Origin: Thermodesulfobacteriota bacterium
Lineage (GTDB): Bacteria > Desulfobacterota_D > UBA1144 > Nemesobacterales > Nemesobacteraceae
DNA: 64,000 nt
Direction of reading: 5' to 3'
Assembly: GCA_965202785.1 (NCBI GenBank)
Contig: OZ241855.1
Location: 160,001-224,000, forward strand
The position numbers and the translations under genes were made by a program. Below are positions 30,999 through 41,332 of this stretch, one piece after another. Every line of letters starts with the position of its first letter. Position 1 is the first letter of the stretch. The notes under the pieces are model-generated. The model had not been told where the DNA came from, did not search any database, and saw nothing but the letters and a program-made list of their open reading frames with translations.

Positions 30999-32885
30999 TC
31001 AACTGAAATTCTCGCGCATGTGCTCGCTTATCTCATCCCACCTGCCGTAAAGAGCAGAGAGCTTCGCCTCGAGTTCGCCCAGCTGTCTTGTTTTTTCTTC
31101 CCAGTTGGTGCCTTGGGGGGAAGTCTCGGGGTTCGCAAGAAACCTCTCCATCTCCTCTTTCTCAGTCTCGCATTCCGATATCCTGCTCTCAAGGTCCGAA
31201 AGGGCGTTTTCCATCTGTTTTTTCGAAAGAAGCGTCCAGTTCTCCATGTTCTCTATGCCCTTTTCGCGAAGCTCCCTGTAAAGCCTGTTGCGCCGCTCAG
31301 CCTCAAGGGCTTTTGCGGTTTTTTTCCTGGGCTCGTCGTTTTGCACCTCGGCGGGCATCTGCTGGTCATCTGAGTCGCGGGCTTTTTTCTCGAGAAATTC
31401 CGAGTAATTGCCTATAAAGGTCTCGACCCCTCCCCCTTCCACGTACCATGTCCTGTTCACAAGGCTGTCAATGAAATACCTGTCGTGGCTTATGAGCAAA
31501 AAGGTGCCGGAGTACTCCCCGAGGGCGTGGCGAAGCACTTCCCTCGACGCCATGTCAAGATGATTTGTAGGCTCGTCGAGAACCAGAAAATTGGAGCGGG
31601 AAACCAGAATCTTGAGAAGAGAGAGACGGCTTTTCTCGCCGCCCGAGAGAACCGAGACCTTCTTGGTTATATCGGAAGCACCGAAAAGAAAAGAGCCCAG
31701 AAGCGTTCTTGCCTCGGTCTGGGAAAAAAGAGGATAAGCTCCAATGAATTCTTCGTAAACCGTGTTCTGCGGATTAAGCATCTCGTCCTGGTTCTGCGCG
31801 TAGTAGCCCAGAGTTACGTTGTGGCCTAAGCGGCTTTGGCCGGAGAAGCCCTCCACACCGGCAACCATCTTGCAGAGAGTAGTTTTCCCCTCACCGTTTT
31901 TCCCGGTAACGGCTATCCTGTCTCCTCTTTCCACGCGAAGCGCGGGGGAGTTTTGAAAAACGACATTTCTCGCACCGCCGGGAGTTTCATACTCCTTTGA
32001 GAAATCGCTTATCTCGTAAACCACGCGTCCCGCGCGCTCGGGGGCGGGAAAATCAAACTCAAGGGTTCTTCGGGTCTCCGGGGACGGGGCTTCGGGCTCC
32101 ATCTTTTCAAGCATTTTTATCCTGCTCTGCACCTGTCTTGCCTTTGAAGCCTTGTACCTGAACCGTTCTATGAAACGGCGCTGCGCCCGGAGTTTTCTCT
32201 CCTGGTTTTTGGCAGTCGCCTCGGTGACCGCGGCGATCTGCTCTTTTCTCTCAAGGTAAGAGGAATAATCGCCCCGAAACTCCCTTATCAACCCGCCTTC
32301 AAGCTCCGCTATCGTGTCAACCATGCGGTCAAGGAGATATTTGTCGTGAGATACCAGGACCACGGTTCCGCGGTAGTCCCCAAGGTAACCCTCGAGCCAC
32401 TCTATGCTTTTTATGTCAAGATGGTTGGTCGGCTCGTCGAGAAGAAGAACCTGAGGTTCCAGAAGAAGTATTCTCGCAAGCTCAACCCGCATTTTCCAGC
32501 CGCCCGAAAGAGAAGAGACCTTATGGGAGAGATGTTCCCCCGTAAAACCCAGTCCGAAAAGGATTTTCTCGGCTTCGTGAACAGGTTTTTCTGAACCGTC
32601 CTCGCCTTCGCCGCGGTCGCCCGCGCGGGCCGCCGAGAGCACCGTAAGATCACCCGTTCCCAGATCCATTATCTGCGGCAGATAGCCCACAGTCAGCGCG
32701 GAGGGGACGGAGGCCTGCCCTTTTTCCGGTTCCATGAGTCCCATTACGATCTCAAGCAGCGTGGTTTTACCCGAGCCGTTCGGACCCACAAGACCGTATT
32801 TTCTTCCCTTTTTTATGCTCCACTCAAGGTTTCGGAAAAGTTCCTTGCCAGCGAAGGAATGACATATGCCTGACAGACTGATCAT
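30999..32885 (-). CDS. ABC-F family ATPase
   Basis: Two NBDs (GPNGSGKT, LSGG, LDEPTNHLD twice), no TM segments, C-terminal coiled coil. Confidence 0.93.
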   Translation of the reverse strand: MISLSGICHSFAGKELFRNLEWSIKKGRKYGLVGPNGSGKTTLLEIVMGLMEPEKGQASVPSALTVGYLPQIMDLGTGDLTVLSAARAGDRGEGEDGSEKPVHEAEKILFGLGFTGEHLSHKVSSLSGGWKMRVELARILLLEPQVLLLDEPTNHLDIKSIEWLEGYLGDYRGTVVLVSHDKYLLDRMVDTIAELEGGLIREFRGDYSSYLERKEQIAAVTEATAKNQERKLRAQRRFIERFRYKASKARQVQSRIKMLEKMEPEAPSPETRRTLEFDFPAPERAGRVVYEISDFSKEYETPGGARNVVFQNSPALRVERGDRIAVTGKNGEGKTTLCKMVAGVEGFSGQSRLGHNVTLGYYAQNQDEMLNPQNTVYEEFIGAYPLFSQTEARTLLGSFLFGASDITKKVSVLSGGEKSRLSLLKILVSRSNFLVLDEPTNHLDMASREVLRHALGEYSGTFLLISHDRYFIDSLVNRTWYVEGGGVETFIGNYSEFLEKKARDSDDQQMPAEVQNDEPRKKTAKALEAERRNRLYRELREKGIENMENWTLLSKKQMENALSDLESRISECETEKEEMERFLANPETSPQGTNWEEKTRQLGELEAKLSALYGRWDEISEHMRENFS

Positions 32886-32886
32886 C

Positions 32887-33012
32887 TCAACAGAAATAAA
32901 AAAAACTGATGCTATTTTTCAGCGATATCAACCCTGTTCCCCGGTTGCAAGTATGGAGAAAACCTGAGTCAGAATCCAGCAATTTAATTGCGGATATGTC
33001 AGCAAGAATCAT
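32887..33012 (-). pseudogene. Truncated VapC/PIN toxin remnant
   Basis: ATGA overlap with the antitoxin stop; translates MILADISAI (cf. the VapC start MIxDTSAI), then unrelated sequence with a stop after 41 codons. Confidence 0.55.
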
Positions 33013-33269
33013 GAAGGCAATCCGGTATCATCATCGTATAGGAAGTTATCGGCTTCTGCCGCGGCAACACCGTCTAGACGCTTGGTCTTGGACCCTGCTG
33101 CTATCCTTTGAATTGCGGACAGTTTTTCGGCGGGGCTCTTTTTGGCAGCAAAGGGTCTTATTTCAGCCACGGGCCTGCCGTGCTTCGTAAGGATTACCTG
33201 TTCGCCCGCCAAGGCCGCATTTACTAGTGCGGACAATTTCGCCTTCGCTTCACTAATAGATATTTTCAT
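33009..33269 (-). CDS. Phd/YefM family antitoxin
   Basis: ISEAKAKLSALV..A.AGE.V.LTKHGRPVA; C-terminal DFLYDD.TGLP-like tail typical of VapB. Confidence 0.88.
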   Translation of the reverse strand: MKISISEAKAKLSALVNAALAGEQVILTKHGRPVAEIRPFAAKKSPAEKLSAIQRIAAGSKTKRLDGVAAAEADNFLYDDDTGLPS

Positions 33270-33459
33270 TATGTCCCCCTCTCATACAGGCTATCATTAT
33301 AGCTCATAACGACTGAAATCAGATACTACAACAGTTAAATGCATCTTCCCGACCACAGGCAATCACACGGTATGACAACAACAAGTCCATGAGGTAGTTT
33401 TCTAACCGGAGACCACTGTTTAGAAGTAGGATGAGATTTCACTTGCCGGTTGCAAACGA

Positions 33460-34653
33460 ATGAAGGCACAAAAAAAGCTATCCAAAAAATCAATCGCATT
33501 CCAGATATTTCATTCGATAACGGAAGTCGAAAAAAAAGAATACGACTCCATCCAGCCCGATAACAACCCCTTTTTCGAGTTTGATTTTCTCTTCGCTCTC
33601 GAGAAATCCGGATGCGTGGGTCCCGGCACCGGATGGGAGCCGCGCCATCTTCTGCTGCGCGAGGGGAAAGAGCTTGTGGGGGCGGTTACGTTCTATCTGA
33701 AAACCGATTCCTACGGCGAGTACATATTCGACTGGCAGTGGGCGCGGGCCTATCAGGACGCGGGACTGAGATACTATCCCAAGGCGGTCGCAGGGGTGCC
33801 GTTTACCCCGGCAACCGGCCCGAGAATAATCGTTCGCGAAGACTACGATTACGAAACGTGCGCGCGAGAACTTGCAAAGAAACTGGTTGAGATATGTTCC
33901 CTTAAGAGCCTCTCTTCAATACATTTTCTGTTCGTAACAGAAGATGAGCAGGAACTGCTCTCTGACTGCGGATTCCTCTCAAGACTCACCCACCAGTACC
34001 ACTGGCACAACTCGGGCTATCTCTGTTTCGATGACTTTCTCGCAGACCTCCGCTCCGGAAGAAGAAAGCAGATAAGGAAGGAAAAACGCCGCCTCGGCGA
34101 CCTGGGCGTTGAGATCTCGGTGCTCGAGAAAGAACAGATACGCCGCGAGCACATAGACTTAATCTGGGAATTCTATGTGAATACTAATTCAAGAAAATGG
34201 GGGAACGCCTATCTTAACAGGGAGTTTTTCGACCTGATGTTCGAGACGTACAGGGAGAAAACCGTGCTTGTGATCGCGCGAATGGATGGCCGCCCTATCG
34301 GCGGCACAATCAACTTCAGAAAAGGCGACAAGCTCTACGGCAGGTACTGGGGATGCAGCATCGAGGTGCCGTACCTTCATTTTGAGTGCTGTTACTACAG
34401 ACCGATAGAGTTTGCCATAGACAACGGAATAAATGTCTTTGAGGCCGGGGCGCAGGGCGAGCACAAGTTCCTCCGCGGTTTTGAAGCGGTACCGGTCTAC
34501 AGTTCCCACCTGTTTTTCAATCCCGGGGCGCAGAGATCCATAGACAACTTCCTTCGGGAAGAAAAACCCTACATGCGCTCGCTTATCTCGGAGTACAACA
34601 CACACTCCCCGCTTAAGCGGGTCCGCGGTGGCAAACCGGAAAAAATCGTATAG
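33460..34653 (+). CDS. FemAB-like GNAT-fold protein (DUF482 type)
   Basis: SYGEYIFDW.WA.AY...G..YYPK...PFTPATGPR, LYGRYWG, LHFE.CYY and FEAGAQGEHK..RGF motifs. Confidence 0.88.
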   Translation: MKAQKKLSKKSIAFQIFHSITEVEKKEYDSIQPDNNPFFEFDFLFALEKSGCVGPGTGWEPRHLLLREGKELVGAVTFYLKTDSYGEYIFDWQWARAYQDAGLRYYPKAVAGVPFTPATGPRIIVREDYDYETCARELAKKLVEICSLKSLSSIHFLFVTEDEQELLSDCGFLSRLTHQYHWHNSGYLCFDDFLADLRSGRRKQIRKEKRRLGDLGVEISVLEKEQIRREHIDLIWEFYVNTNSRKWGNAYLNREFFDLMFETYREKTVLVIARMDGRPIGGTINFRKGDKLYGRYWGCSIEVPYLHFECCYYRPIEFAIDNGINVFEAGAQGEHKFLRGFEAVPVYSSHLFFNPGAQRSIDNFLREEKPYMRSLISEYNTHSPLKRVRGGKPEKIV

Positions 34654-34663
34654 AATACTGCTT

Positions 34664-34999
34664 ATGTCTGAGCGTGAGAATCCGACACATACAAAGGATC
34701 CTCAGCAGGTCGTCAGGGAGGATATCCGGGTAAAAAGGCCGGACATGTATATGATAGTCCTGCTGAACGACGATTACACCCCGAGGGATTTCGTAGTCTG
34801 GGTTCTCATGAAGGTGTTCTTCAAAAATGAAAACGACAGTAGAACAATAATGCTCGAAGCTCACACCAAGGGAAAAAGCGTTGTCGACTGCTATACCTAC
34901 GACATAGCTACCACGAAGATAAGACAGGTAAAAGACCTGGCGGAGAAATACGAACATCCGCTGAAATGCATACTTGAAGTTCAAAAGGCGGGGAGCTGA
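34664..34999 (+). CDS. clpS: ATP-dependent Clp protease adaptor
   Basis: LLNDDYTP.DFVV, IMLEAH..G and A...EHPL motifs. Confidence 0.93.
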   Translation: MSERENPTHTKDPQQVVREDIRVKRPDMYMIVLLNDDYTPRDFVVWVLMKVFFKNENDSRTIMLEAHTKGKSVVDCYTYDIATTKIRQVKDLAEKYEHPLKCILEVQKAGS

Positions 35000-35000
35000 C

Positions 35001-37256
35001 ATGGTAGCATCGGAAGAACTTGAAAAAACCCTTTACCGCGCCTACCAGCAGGCAAAAGACCGCAAGCACGAGTTCATCACCCCGGAGCATATACTCCTTG
35101 AGCTCACAAGGGACAAAGTCGCCGTGGAAGTGCTGATAGAATGCGACGTCGACACCGGGCTTCTCGCGAACGATCTTGAGGAGCACCTCACCAAGAACGT
35201 ATCCTCGATCGATTCTCCCCATCTTCCCGAACCGACCTACTCCGAGGGAAGCAAGTACATCTTCAGAGTGGCTTCGATGCACGCCGAAAGCGCGGAAAAA
35301 AAAGAAATAACGGGGGCTAACATACTGGTCGCCATGTTCAGGGTCCCCGAATCGCACGCCGTGTACTTCCTCAATCGCCAGGGACTTACCCGGTTTGCCG
35401 TTATAAAGCATATATCCCATGGAAAAGGCGAGAGGACCGAGGAACATCAGGAAAAACCCGCAACCACCAAGGAGCAGCAGAGGGAAACAAAAAAGGCCGA
35501 GACCAAAAGCCCCCTTGAGCTTTACTGCACGGACCTGATCGAAAAAGCCCAAAACGGAAGCATCGACCCCCTCATAGGAAGAGAAAAAGAGGTCCAGAGG
35601 ATAGTCCACATTCTCGGCAAGAGAAAGAAGAACAACCCTGTGCTCGTCGGGGACGCGGGGGTGGGAAAAACGGCGATCGTTGAAGGGGTGGCTCACCGCG
35701 TGGTTTCCGGAGAAGTCCCCGAAGCGATGAAAAACCTCAAGATACACCTTCTGAACATAGGGACCCTTACGGCCGGAACGAAATACAGGGGAGACTTCGA
35801 GGAAAGGCTTAACGCCGTCATAGACGAAACCAAGAAGGACCCGGACAACGTGCTTTTCATTGACGAGATTCACACAGTAATAGGCGCCGGAGCGGTTTCC
35901 GGCGGAAGCCTTGACGCGTCCAACATGCTTAAGCCCGCCCTTGCCGGAGGAGACATAAAATGCATAGGAACGACGACGCTTAAGGAATACAGGATCATCT
36001 TCGAGAAAGACCACGCGCTCTCAAGAAGATTCCAGAGAGTAACCGTGGATGAGCCGTCGGTTGAGGACTGCGGAAAAATCCTGTTCGGACTTAAACGCCA
36101 TTACGAAAAGTACCATAACGTGAAATACTCCCGGGGAGCGATAAAGGCGTGCATAGAACTCTCAGACAAGTACATAATGGACAGGAAGCTTCCGGACAAG
36201 GCGATTGACATCATGGACGAGGCCGGAGCCGCCGTGAAGCTCCGCAACCCTGATCCCGAGATAACGAGACAGGTAAAAGTATCCGACATGGAGAAGCTGG
36301 TGGCGAAGATCGCGAAAATACCAACCAAGTCGGTAAAGGTCGAGGACCGGAATCTCCTCCACGACCTCGGGGACAACCTAAAAGAATTCATCTACGCCCA
36401 GGACGAAGCCATAGACAAGCTCGTAAACGCCATACAGATGTCGCGCGCCGGCATAAGCGAGCCGGAAAAGCCCGTGGGCTCCTTCATGTTTTCGGGACCT
36501 ACGGGGGTCGGCAAAACGGAGCTCGCGAAAAAACTCGCGGAGATACTTGGAGTCGAATTCATACGCTTCGACATGAGCGAATACATGGAAAAACACACCG
36601 TCTCCCGCCTCATAGGCTCACCGCCTGGATACGTCGGCTACGACCAGGGAGGACAGCTTACTGAAGCCATATACAAATCTCCTCACTGCGTCCTTCTGCT
36701 CGATGAGATAGAGAAAGCGCACGAGGACATATACAACATCCTGCTTCAGGTAATGGATCACGCGACGCTCACGGATTCAAACGGAAGAAAGGTGGATTTC
36801 CGCCAGGTAATTCTGATTCTGACAACGAACACCGGATCGAGGGAAAGCATGAACAGGAACGTCGGGTTCGCGAAAAAAGAGTTTGAGGACAGGAGTCCGG
36901 AAGCCATAGACAGGTACTTCTCTCCGGAATTCAGAAACAGGCTGAATGAAATCATCAGGTTTAACCCTCTTGATATAAAGATAGTGGAGAGAATAGTTGA
37001 CAAGATGATCGGAGAGCTTCAGCAGAGGCTCGTTCCGAAAAAAGTGACGATCAGTCTTACGCCGGAAGCGAGGCTTTTTCTCGCACGCAAGGGCTACGAT
37101 CCCCAGCTCGGCGCAAGACCCGTGCAGAGAGTAATAAACTCCGAGGTGGCGGAGCGGCTTTCAAAGGAAATCCTCTTCGGCGAACTCTCAGGCGGCGGCA
37201 AGGCGATTCTCTCCCTTGAAGATGAACAGATAGTTCTTCGGGCGGAAACTGACTGA
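35001..37256 (+). CDS. clpA: ATP-dependent Clp protease ATPase subunit
   Basis: Two AAA modules (GDAGVGKT; GPTGVGKT), RFDMSEYME and SRLIG.PPGYVG; follows clpS. Confidence 0.95.
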   Translation: MVASEELEKTLYRAYQQAKDRKHEFITPEHILLELTRDKVAVEVLIECDVDTGLLANDLEEHLTKNVSSIDSPHLPEPTYSEGSKYIFRVASMHAESAEKKEITGANILVAMFRVPESHAVYFLNRQGLTRFAVIKHISHGKGERTEEHQEKPATTKEQQRETKKAETKSPLELYCTDLIEKAQNGSIDPLIGREKEVQRIVHILGKRKKNNPVLVGDAGVGKTAIVEGVAHRVVSGEVPEAMKNLKIHLLNIGTLTAGTKYRGDFEERLNAVIDETKKDPDNVLFIDEIHTVIGAGAVSGGSLDASNMLKPALAGGDIKCIGTTTLKEYRIIFEKDHALSRRFQRVTVDEPSVEDCGKILFGLKRHYEKYHNVKYSRGAIKACIELSDKYIMDRKLPDKAIDIMDEAGAAVKLRNPDPEITRQVKVSDMEKLVAKIAKIPTKSVKVEDRNLLHDLGDNLKEFIYAQDEAIDKLVNAIQMSRAGISEPEKPVGSFMFSGPTGVGKTELAKKLAEILGVEFIRFDMSEYMEKHTVSRLIGSPPGYVGYDQGGQLTEAIYKSPHCVLLLDEIEKAHEDIYNILLQVMDHATLTDSNGRKVDFRQVILILTTNTGSRESMNRNVGFAKKEFEDRSPEAIDRYFSPEFRNRLNEIIRFNPLDIKIVERIVDKMIGELQQRLVPKKVTISLTPEARLFLARKGYDPQLGARPVQRVINSEVAERLSKEILFGELSGGGKAILSLEDEQIVLRAETD

Positions 37257-37302
37257 ACTTCTCCCGGAGCGTACCCCGCGGCGGCGCGCGGCAACGAAAC
37301 CC

Positions 37303-38325
37303 ATGATCTCCATACGCGAAACTGCTAACAAAATGGTCCAGTACGTGCTTCCCGAACACTCCAACAACCACGGGACCCTGCACGGCGGAATACTTATGGA
37401 CTGGATTATGCTCACGGGCAGCATCACGTCTTTTAAGTTCACAAACGGGCCTGCGGTCCTGGGAGCCACAGACAGCATAGATTTTCTTAACCCCGTAAAG
37501 ATCGGGGAGATAGTAGTCCTTGAAAGCTGGGTTGAGTATGCCGGGAACTCGTCCATTGAAGTCGCGGTACGCGTGCACTCAGAAGACGGGGAGACCGACG
37601 AAAAAAAGCTCATAACCCTCTCCTACATGGCCTTTGTCGCCGTGGACGAAAACGTAAAGCCGAGAAAGATAGAAGCAAGCCTAAGCGCGTCCAGCACGGT
37701 TGAACGGGAGCTCATAGACCGGGCGGAGGAAAGGAAGACGCAAAGGCTTCCGGAAATAAAAAAAAGGCAAAGAAACGTCTCCAACGTAGCGGATGAGACG
37801 GAAAATTCGAGGCTCATCTTCAATACCACCAAGATGGTACTCCCGGAAGACGCCTTCTACGGGAAATTCATGTCCGTAGGAAAGCTCATGAAGTACATTG
37901 ACGAGAGCGCCGCCATTCTGGCGAAAAGGTTTTCCAAGGGGGTTCTGGTTACGGGGTCCCTTGACGATCTTTTTTTCTATTCGCCGCTTAATGTCGGAAA
38001 TCTGATTGAATTCAAGGCGGGCATCACCCATGTGGGAACAAGGTCGCTCGAACTGGCGATCAAGGTTGATTCCTATGATACACGGACCGGAGAGTCATCC
38101 CACGCGTGCACGGCCTTTCTAACCTACGTGAAAGTCGACGAAGAAGGAAACCCCGTCCCGGTTCCCGAGTTCACTCCCGAGACTCCCTACGAAATCCGCC
38201 TCTGGAAAGAAGCGGAAAAAAGGAAAGCAAGGAGAAGAGCGCGGGTGGAGAGAGCCAGGAGTCTTGCCGATGACTACCTGAACGAATACAAAAAAGTAAG
38301 CTCGAGATCAAACAAAAAGAGTTGA
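37303..38325 (+). CDS. Acyl-CoA thioesterase, tandem hotdog domains
   Basis: VLPEHSN.HGTLHGG.LM.W; second hotdog repeat VLPEDA..G. Confidence 0.85.
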   Translation: MISIRETANKMVQYVLPEHSNNHGTLHGGILMDWIMLTGSITSFKFTNGPAVLGATDSIDFLNPVKIGEIVVLESWVEYAGNSSIEVAVRVHSEDGETDEKKLITLSYMAFVAVDENVKPRKIEASLSASSTVERELIDRAEERKTQRLPEIKKRQRNVSNVADETENSRLIFNTTKMVLPEDAFYGKFMSVGKLMKYIDESAAILAKRFSKGVLVTGSLDDLFFYSPLNVGNLIEFKAGITHVGTRSLELAIKVDSYDTRTGESSHACTAFLTYVKVDEEGNPVPVPEFTPETPYEIRLWKEAEKRKARRRARVERARSLADDYLNEYKKVSSRSNKKS

Positions 38326-38399
38326 TTGCCTTCTCCGGCGGACCTTAAGACCTGTCTTTTCTCACCCCGGAGCAAGCATACAAACACGACGGCAGAGCT

Positions 38400-39212
38400 A
38401 TGGAAGAGAGAAAAAACCAGGCAATAGGAATTTTTGATTCGGGAATAGGAGGACTTACGGTCTCAAAGGAGATAATGAATCTTCTTTGCGGGGAGAATAT
38501 CGTATATCTCGGCGACACGGCCAGAGTCCCTTATGGAACGAAATCCCAAAGAACCGTAAGAAAATACGTTGAGAGCACCACTAATTTCCTCCTGTCAAAA
38601 AACATAAAGCTTCTGGTCGTGGCGTGTAACACCGCGTCTGCCTACGCAATAGAAATGCTGAAAGAAAATCTTGAAATCCCCGTTGTGGGAGTAGTGGAAC
38701 CGGGAGCGAAAAGAGCCTCGGAACTCACCGTCAACGGGAAAATAGGAGTCATAGGGACCCAGGCGACAATAAAAAGCGGTTCCTACGAGAAAAAACTGCG
38801 GGAATTCTGCTCCTCCCAGGTCGAGATACACTCAAAACCCTGCCCGCTTTTCGTTCCGCTTGCCGAAGAAGGATGGGAGAATGATGAAACCGCCGTCCTT
38901 ATAGCCGAGAAATATCTTGGAGACCTCAGGGAATCAGGAATAGACGTGCTGATACTCGGCTGCACGCACTACCCCATTCTTAAAAACACGATCGCCGGGG
39001 TTATGGGAGAAGGAATAAATCTCGTTGACTCGGCCGAAGAAACCGCGAAGCAGACCGAAAACATACTAAAGTCCCAGGGGCTGCTAAGAGAAGACGGCAA
39101 GACGCGGGAGATGTCTTTTTACCTTACCGATGATTCGGAAACCTTTACCTCAATCGCGTCCAGGTTCCTCGGAAGACCCATGGAAAAAACGGAAGTCGTC
39201 GATATAGTGTGA
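38400..39212 (+). CDS. murI: Glutamate racemase
   Basis: FDSGIGGLTV, PYGTKS, ACNTAS and LGCTHYP motifs. Confidence 0.97.
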   Translation: MEERKNQAIGIFDSGIGGLTVSKEIMNLLCGENIVYLGDTARVPYGTKSQRTVRKYVESTTNFLLSKNIKLLVVACNTASAYAIEMLKENLEIPVVGVVEPGAKRASELTVNGKIGVIGTQATIKSGSYEKKLREFCSSQVEIHSKPCPLFVPLAEEGWENDETAVLIAEKYLGDLRESGIDVLILGCTHYPILKNTIAGVMGEGINLVDSAEETAKQTENILKSQGLLREDGKTREMSFYLTDDSETFTSIASRFLGRPMEKTEVVDIV

Positions 39213-39221
39213 CGGGCTCCG

Positions 39222-40205
39222 TTACTCGGACAAGGCTTTTTTGAGTTCCTCGGTAAGCGGGGGAAGAACCTGGAAAAGGTCTCCGCAAATTCCATAATCG
39301 GATTTCGCGAAAATCGGGGCTTCCGGATCCTTGTTTATGGAAACTATAACTTTCGATGAACCCATGCCGGAGAAATGCTGTACCGAACCGGATATGGCGA
39401 CCGCGACGTAGAGTACGGGAGACACCGCCTTTCCAGTCTGGCCGACCTGCATGTCATATGGACAGTATCCCGCGTCGACTGCGGCTCTTGTCGCTCCCGC
39501 GGCCGCGCCAAGCAGATCCGCGAGATCGTATATGTGATTGAAATTCTCCTCGCTCCCAAGACCCCTGCCGCCGGAAACCACCCTCTCGGCCTCGGTAAGC
39601 TCGGGCCGGTCGGATTCCTTGGTTTTCATTTCAATGACCTTGATTCTTATGTCGGCATCCGTGATCCCGGCATCTTCGTTCACCACCTGCCCCGCGCCGG
39701 CCGACTCTTCCTCCTTAAAGGAATTGGGCCTTACGGTGGCGATCATCGCGCTTCCGTCTCCGTTGAACTCCTGAGTGGATATCGCCCTGCTTGAGTGTGA
39801 ATACCTTTTTATCCTAAGCCTTCCGTCGTCGGTCATGCCTATGTCAACGCAGTCCATGGCAAGCCCCGAACCCACTCCCGAAGCCACCCTGGGAATGTAA
39901 TCCTCCGCAAAGGCCGTGTTGCCTGAAAGCACAACCGCGGGAGAGTGCTTCTTTATAAGTTCGCAAAGGGCCTTCACGTAACCGTCGGGATTAAAATCCC
40001 TGAGGTTGGGATTGTCAACCACGTAGATTTTCTCAGCTCCGTAGCCCGCAAGCTCAGAAGCTCTGTCCGAAACGCCGCTTCCGAGCAGCACCGCGCAGAC
40101 GGGACCTCCAAGTTTTCTTCTGGCCTCGGAAAGAACCTCGAACGTCACCTTTCTTATCTGTCCGTCAGCCTTTATATCAGCAACAACCCAGATTTCACTA
40201 CTCAT
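39222..40205 (-). CDS. etfA: Electron transfer flavoprotein alpha subunit
   Basis: VVSGGRG, RAAVDAG, QVGQTGK, ISG..QH and INKDPEAPIF motifs. Confidence 0.95.
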   Translation of the reverse strand: MSSEIWVVADIKADGQIRKVTFEVLSEARRKLGGPVCAVLLGSGVSDRASELAGYGAEKIYVVDNPNLRDFNPDGYVKALCELIKKHSPAVVLSGNTAFAEDYIPRVASGVGSGLAMDCVDIGMTDDGRLRIKRYSHSSRAISTQEFNGDGSAMIATVRPNSFKEEESAGAGQVVNEDAGITDADIRIKVIEMKTKESDRPELTEAERVVSGGRGLGSEENFNHIYDLADLLGAAAGATRAAVDAGYCPYDMQVGQTGKAVSPVLYVAVAISGSVQHFSGMGSSKVIVSINKDPEAPIFAKSDYGICGDLFQVLPPLTEELKKALSE

Positions 40206-40260
40206 TTAATTCAAGCCTCCTAGCGATACTTTCTGATAAAGCAATCCCGGATATCCCGGA

Positions 40261-41103
40261 TTATATGATCTTCGCGTCATCTCTCAAAAGCTTAACGAGT
40301 TCCCTTGCGGACTCGGCAATCTCGTCTCCCTTGACCGTAGTCTCGTCGCTTCCCTTTATGATCCTCAGTTTTCTCTCCACTTCGGGAACCTCAAGACTCA
40401 CTGTTTTTATCTTCGCCCCTGATTTGCCCACTGCATCCCTGCTGATGCCGAGAGAACCGAAATCCACATCGTCTAGGGAAACTGTTTTCATCGGTTTTCT
40501 CTTCGCTTTCATTATATTGGGAACAGACGCGTAGCGGGGTTCGTTCATAGCGTCGGGACAGGTTATAAGGGCCGGGAGAGAAACCTCGACGGAAACGCTT
40601 CCGCCGTCGATCTCTTTCTGGCAGACAAGCTTTTTCTCGTCCGGCTTTACGTCAATCACCTTGCTTACAAGCGCAAGGTGCGCAATTCCCAGTTCCTCGG
40701 CTATCTGTATGCCGACCTGTACGGATTCTTCGTCGATGATCTTCATCCCCGTGAAAATAAGATCCACCCCCTCAATATTTCCGAGTTCCGACGCGACAAG
40801 CTTCGAGAGGACAAGGGAATCCACGGTTTCCCCGAGAGCTTCATCCGAAACATGCACCGCGGAATCCGCGCCCATTGCAAGCCCCTGAAGCAACGCCTGT
40901 GAAGCGCGTTGCGGGCCCGCCGTAATCAGAACAACTTCGCCCCCGTATGCTTCCTTGGTCCTGATGGCTTCCTCAACGGCGAATTCATCATAAGGATTCA
41001 TGATCCATTTCATGCCTTCTGTGTCTATGGAATCTCCAGAGGAACCGACCTTTATCCTTGCTTCGGTGTCCTGCGTCTGTGTTATAAAAACCACTATCTT
41101 CAC
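40261..41103 (-). CDS. etfB: Electron transfer flavoprotein beta subunit
   Basis: MNPYDEFAVEEA, LAMGAD and NEPRYAS...IMKAK.KP motifs. Confidence 0.95.
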   Translation of the reverse strand: MKIVVFITQTQDTEARIKVGSSGDSIDTEGMKWIMNPYDEFAVEEAIRTKEAYGGEVVLITAGPQRASQALLQGLAMGADSAVHVSDEALGETVDSLVLSKLVASELGNIEGVDLIFTGMKIIDEESVQVGIQIAEELGIAHLALVSKVIDVKPDEKKLVCQKEIDGGSVSVEVSLPALITCPDAMNEPRYASVPNIMKAKRKPMKTVSLDDVDFGSLGISRDAVGKSGAKIKTVSLEVPEVERKLRIIKGSDETTVKGDEIAESARELVKLLRDDAKII

Positions 41104-41332
41104 CTGATACTACCTCCATGCTGGACTGATTTAATAGAGATGAAATTTAAGGAAAAAGCAGCAGAAAAGCTGACTCTAACTCCTTGCTAAGCGTATGATT
41201 ATAAATACTGGGGAGTTGCTGTCAAGGACAGGAAACCCTCTTGCAGATAGTCATCTCCCAGACAAAAGCGGGAGCTCTCTTCACATTGCAGACGCCCGGA
41301 ATCACTCTTGCTCTTAAAACGCAGGATCTCCG

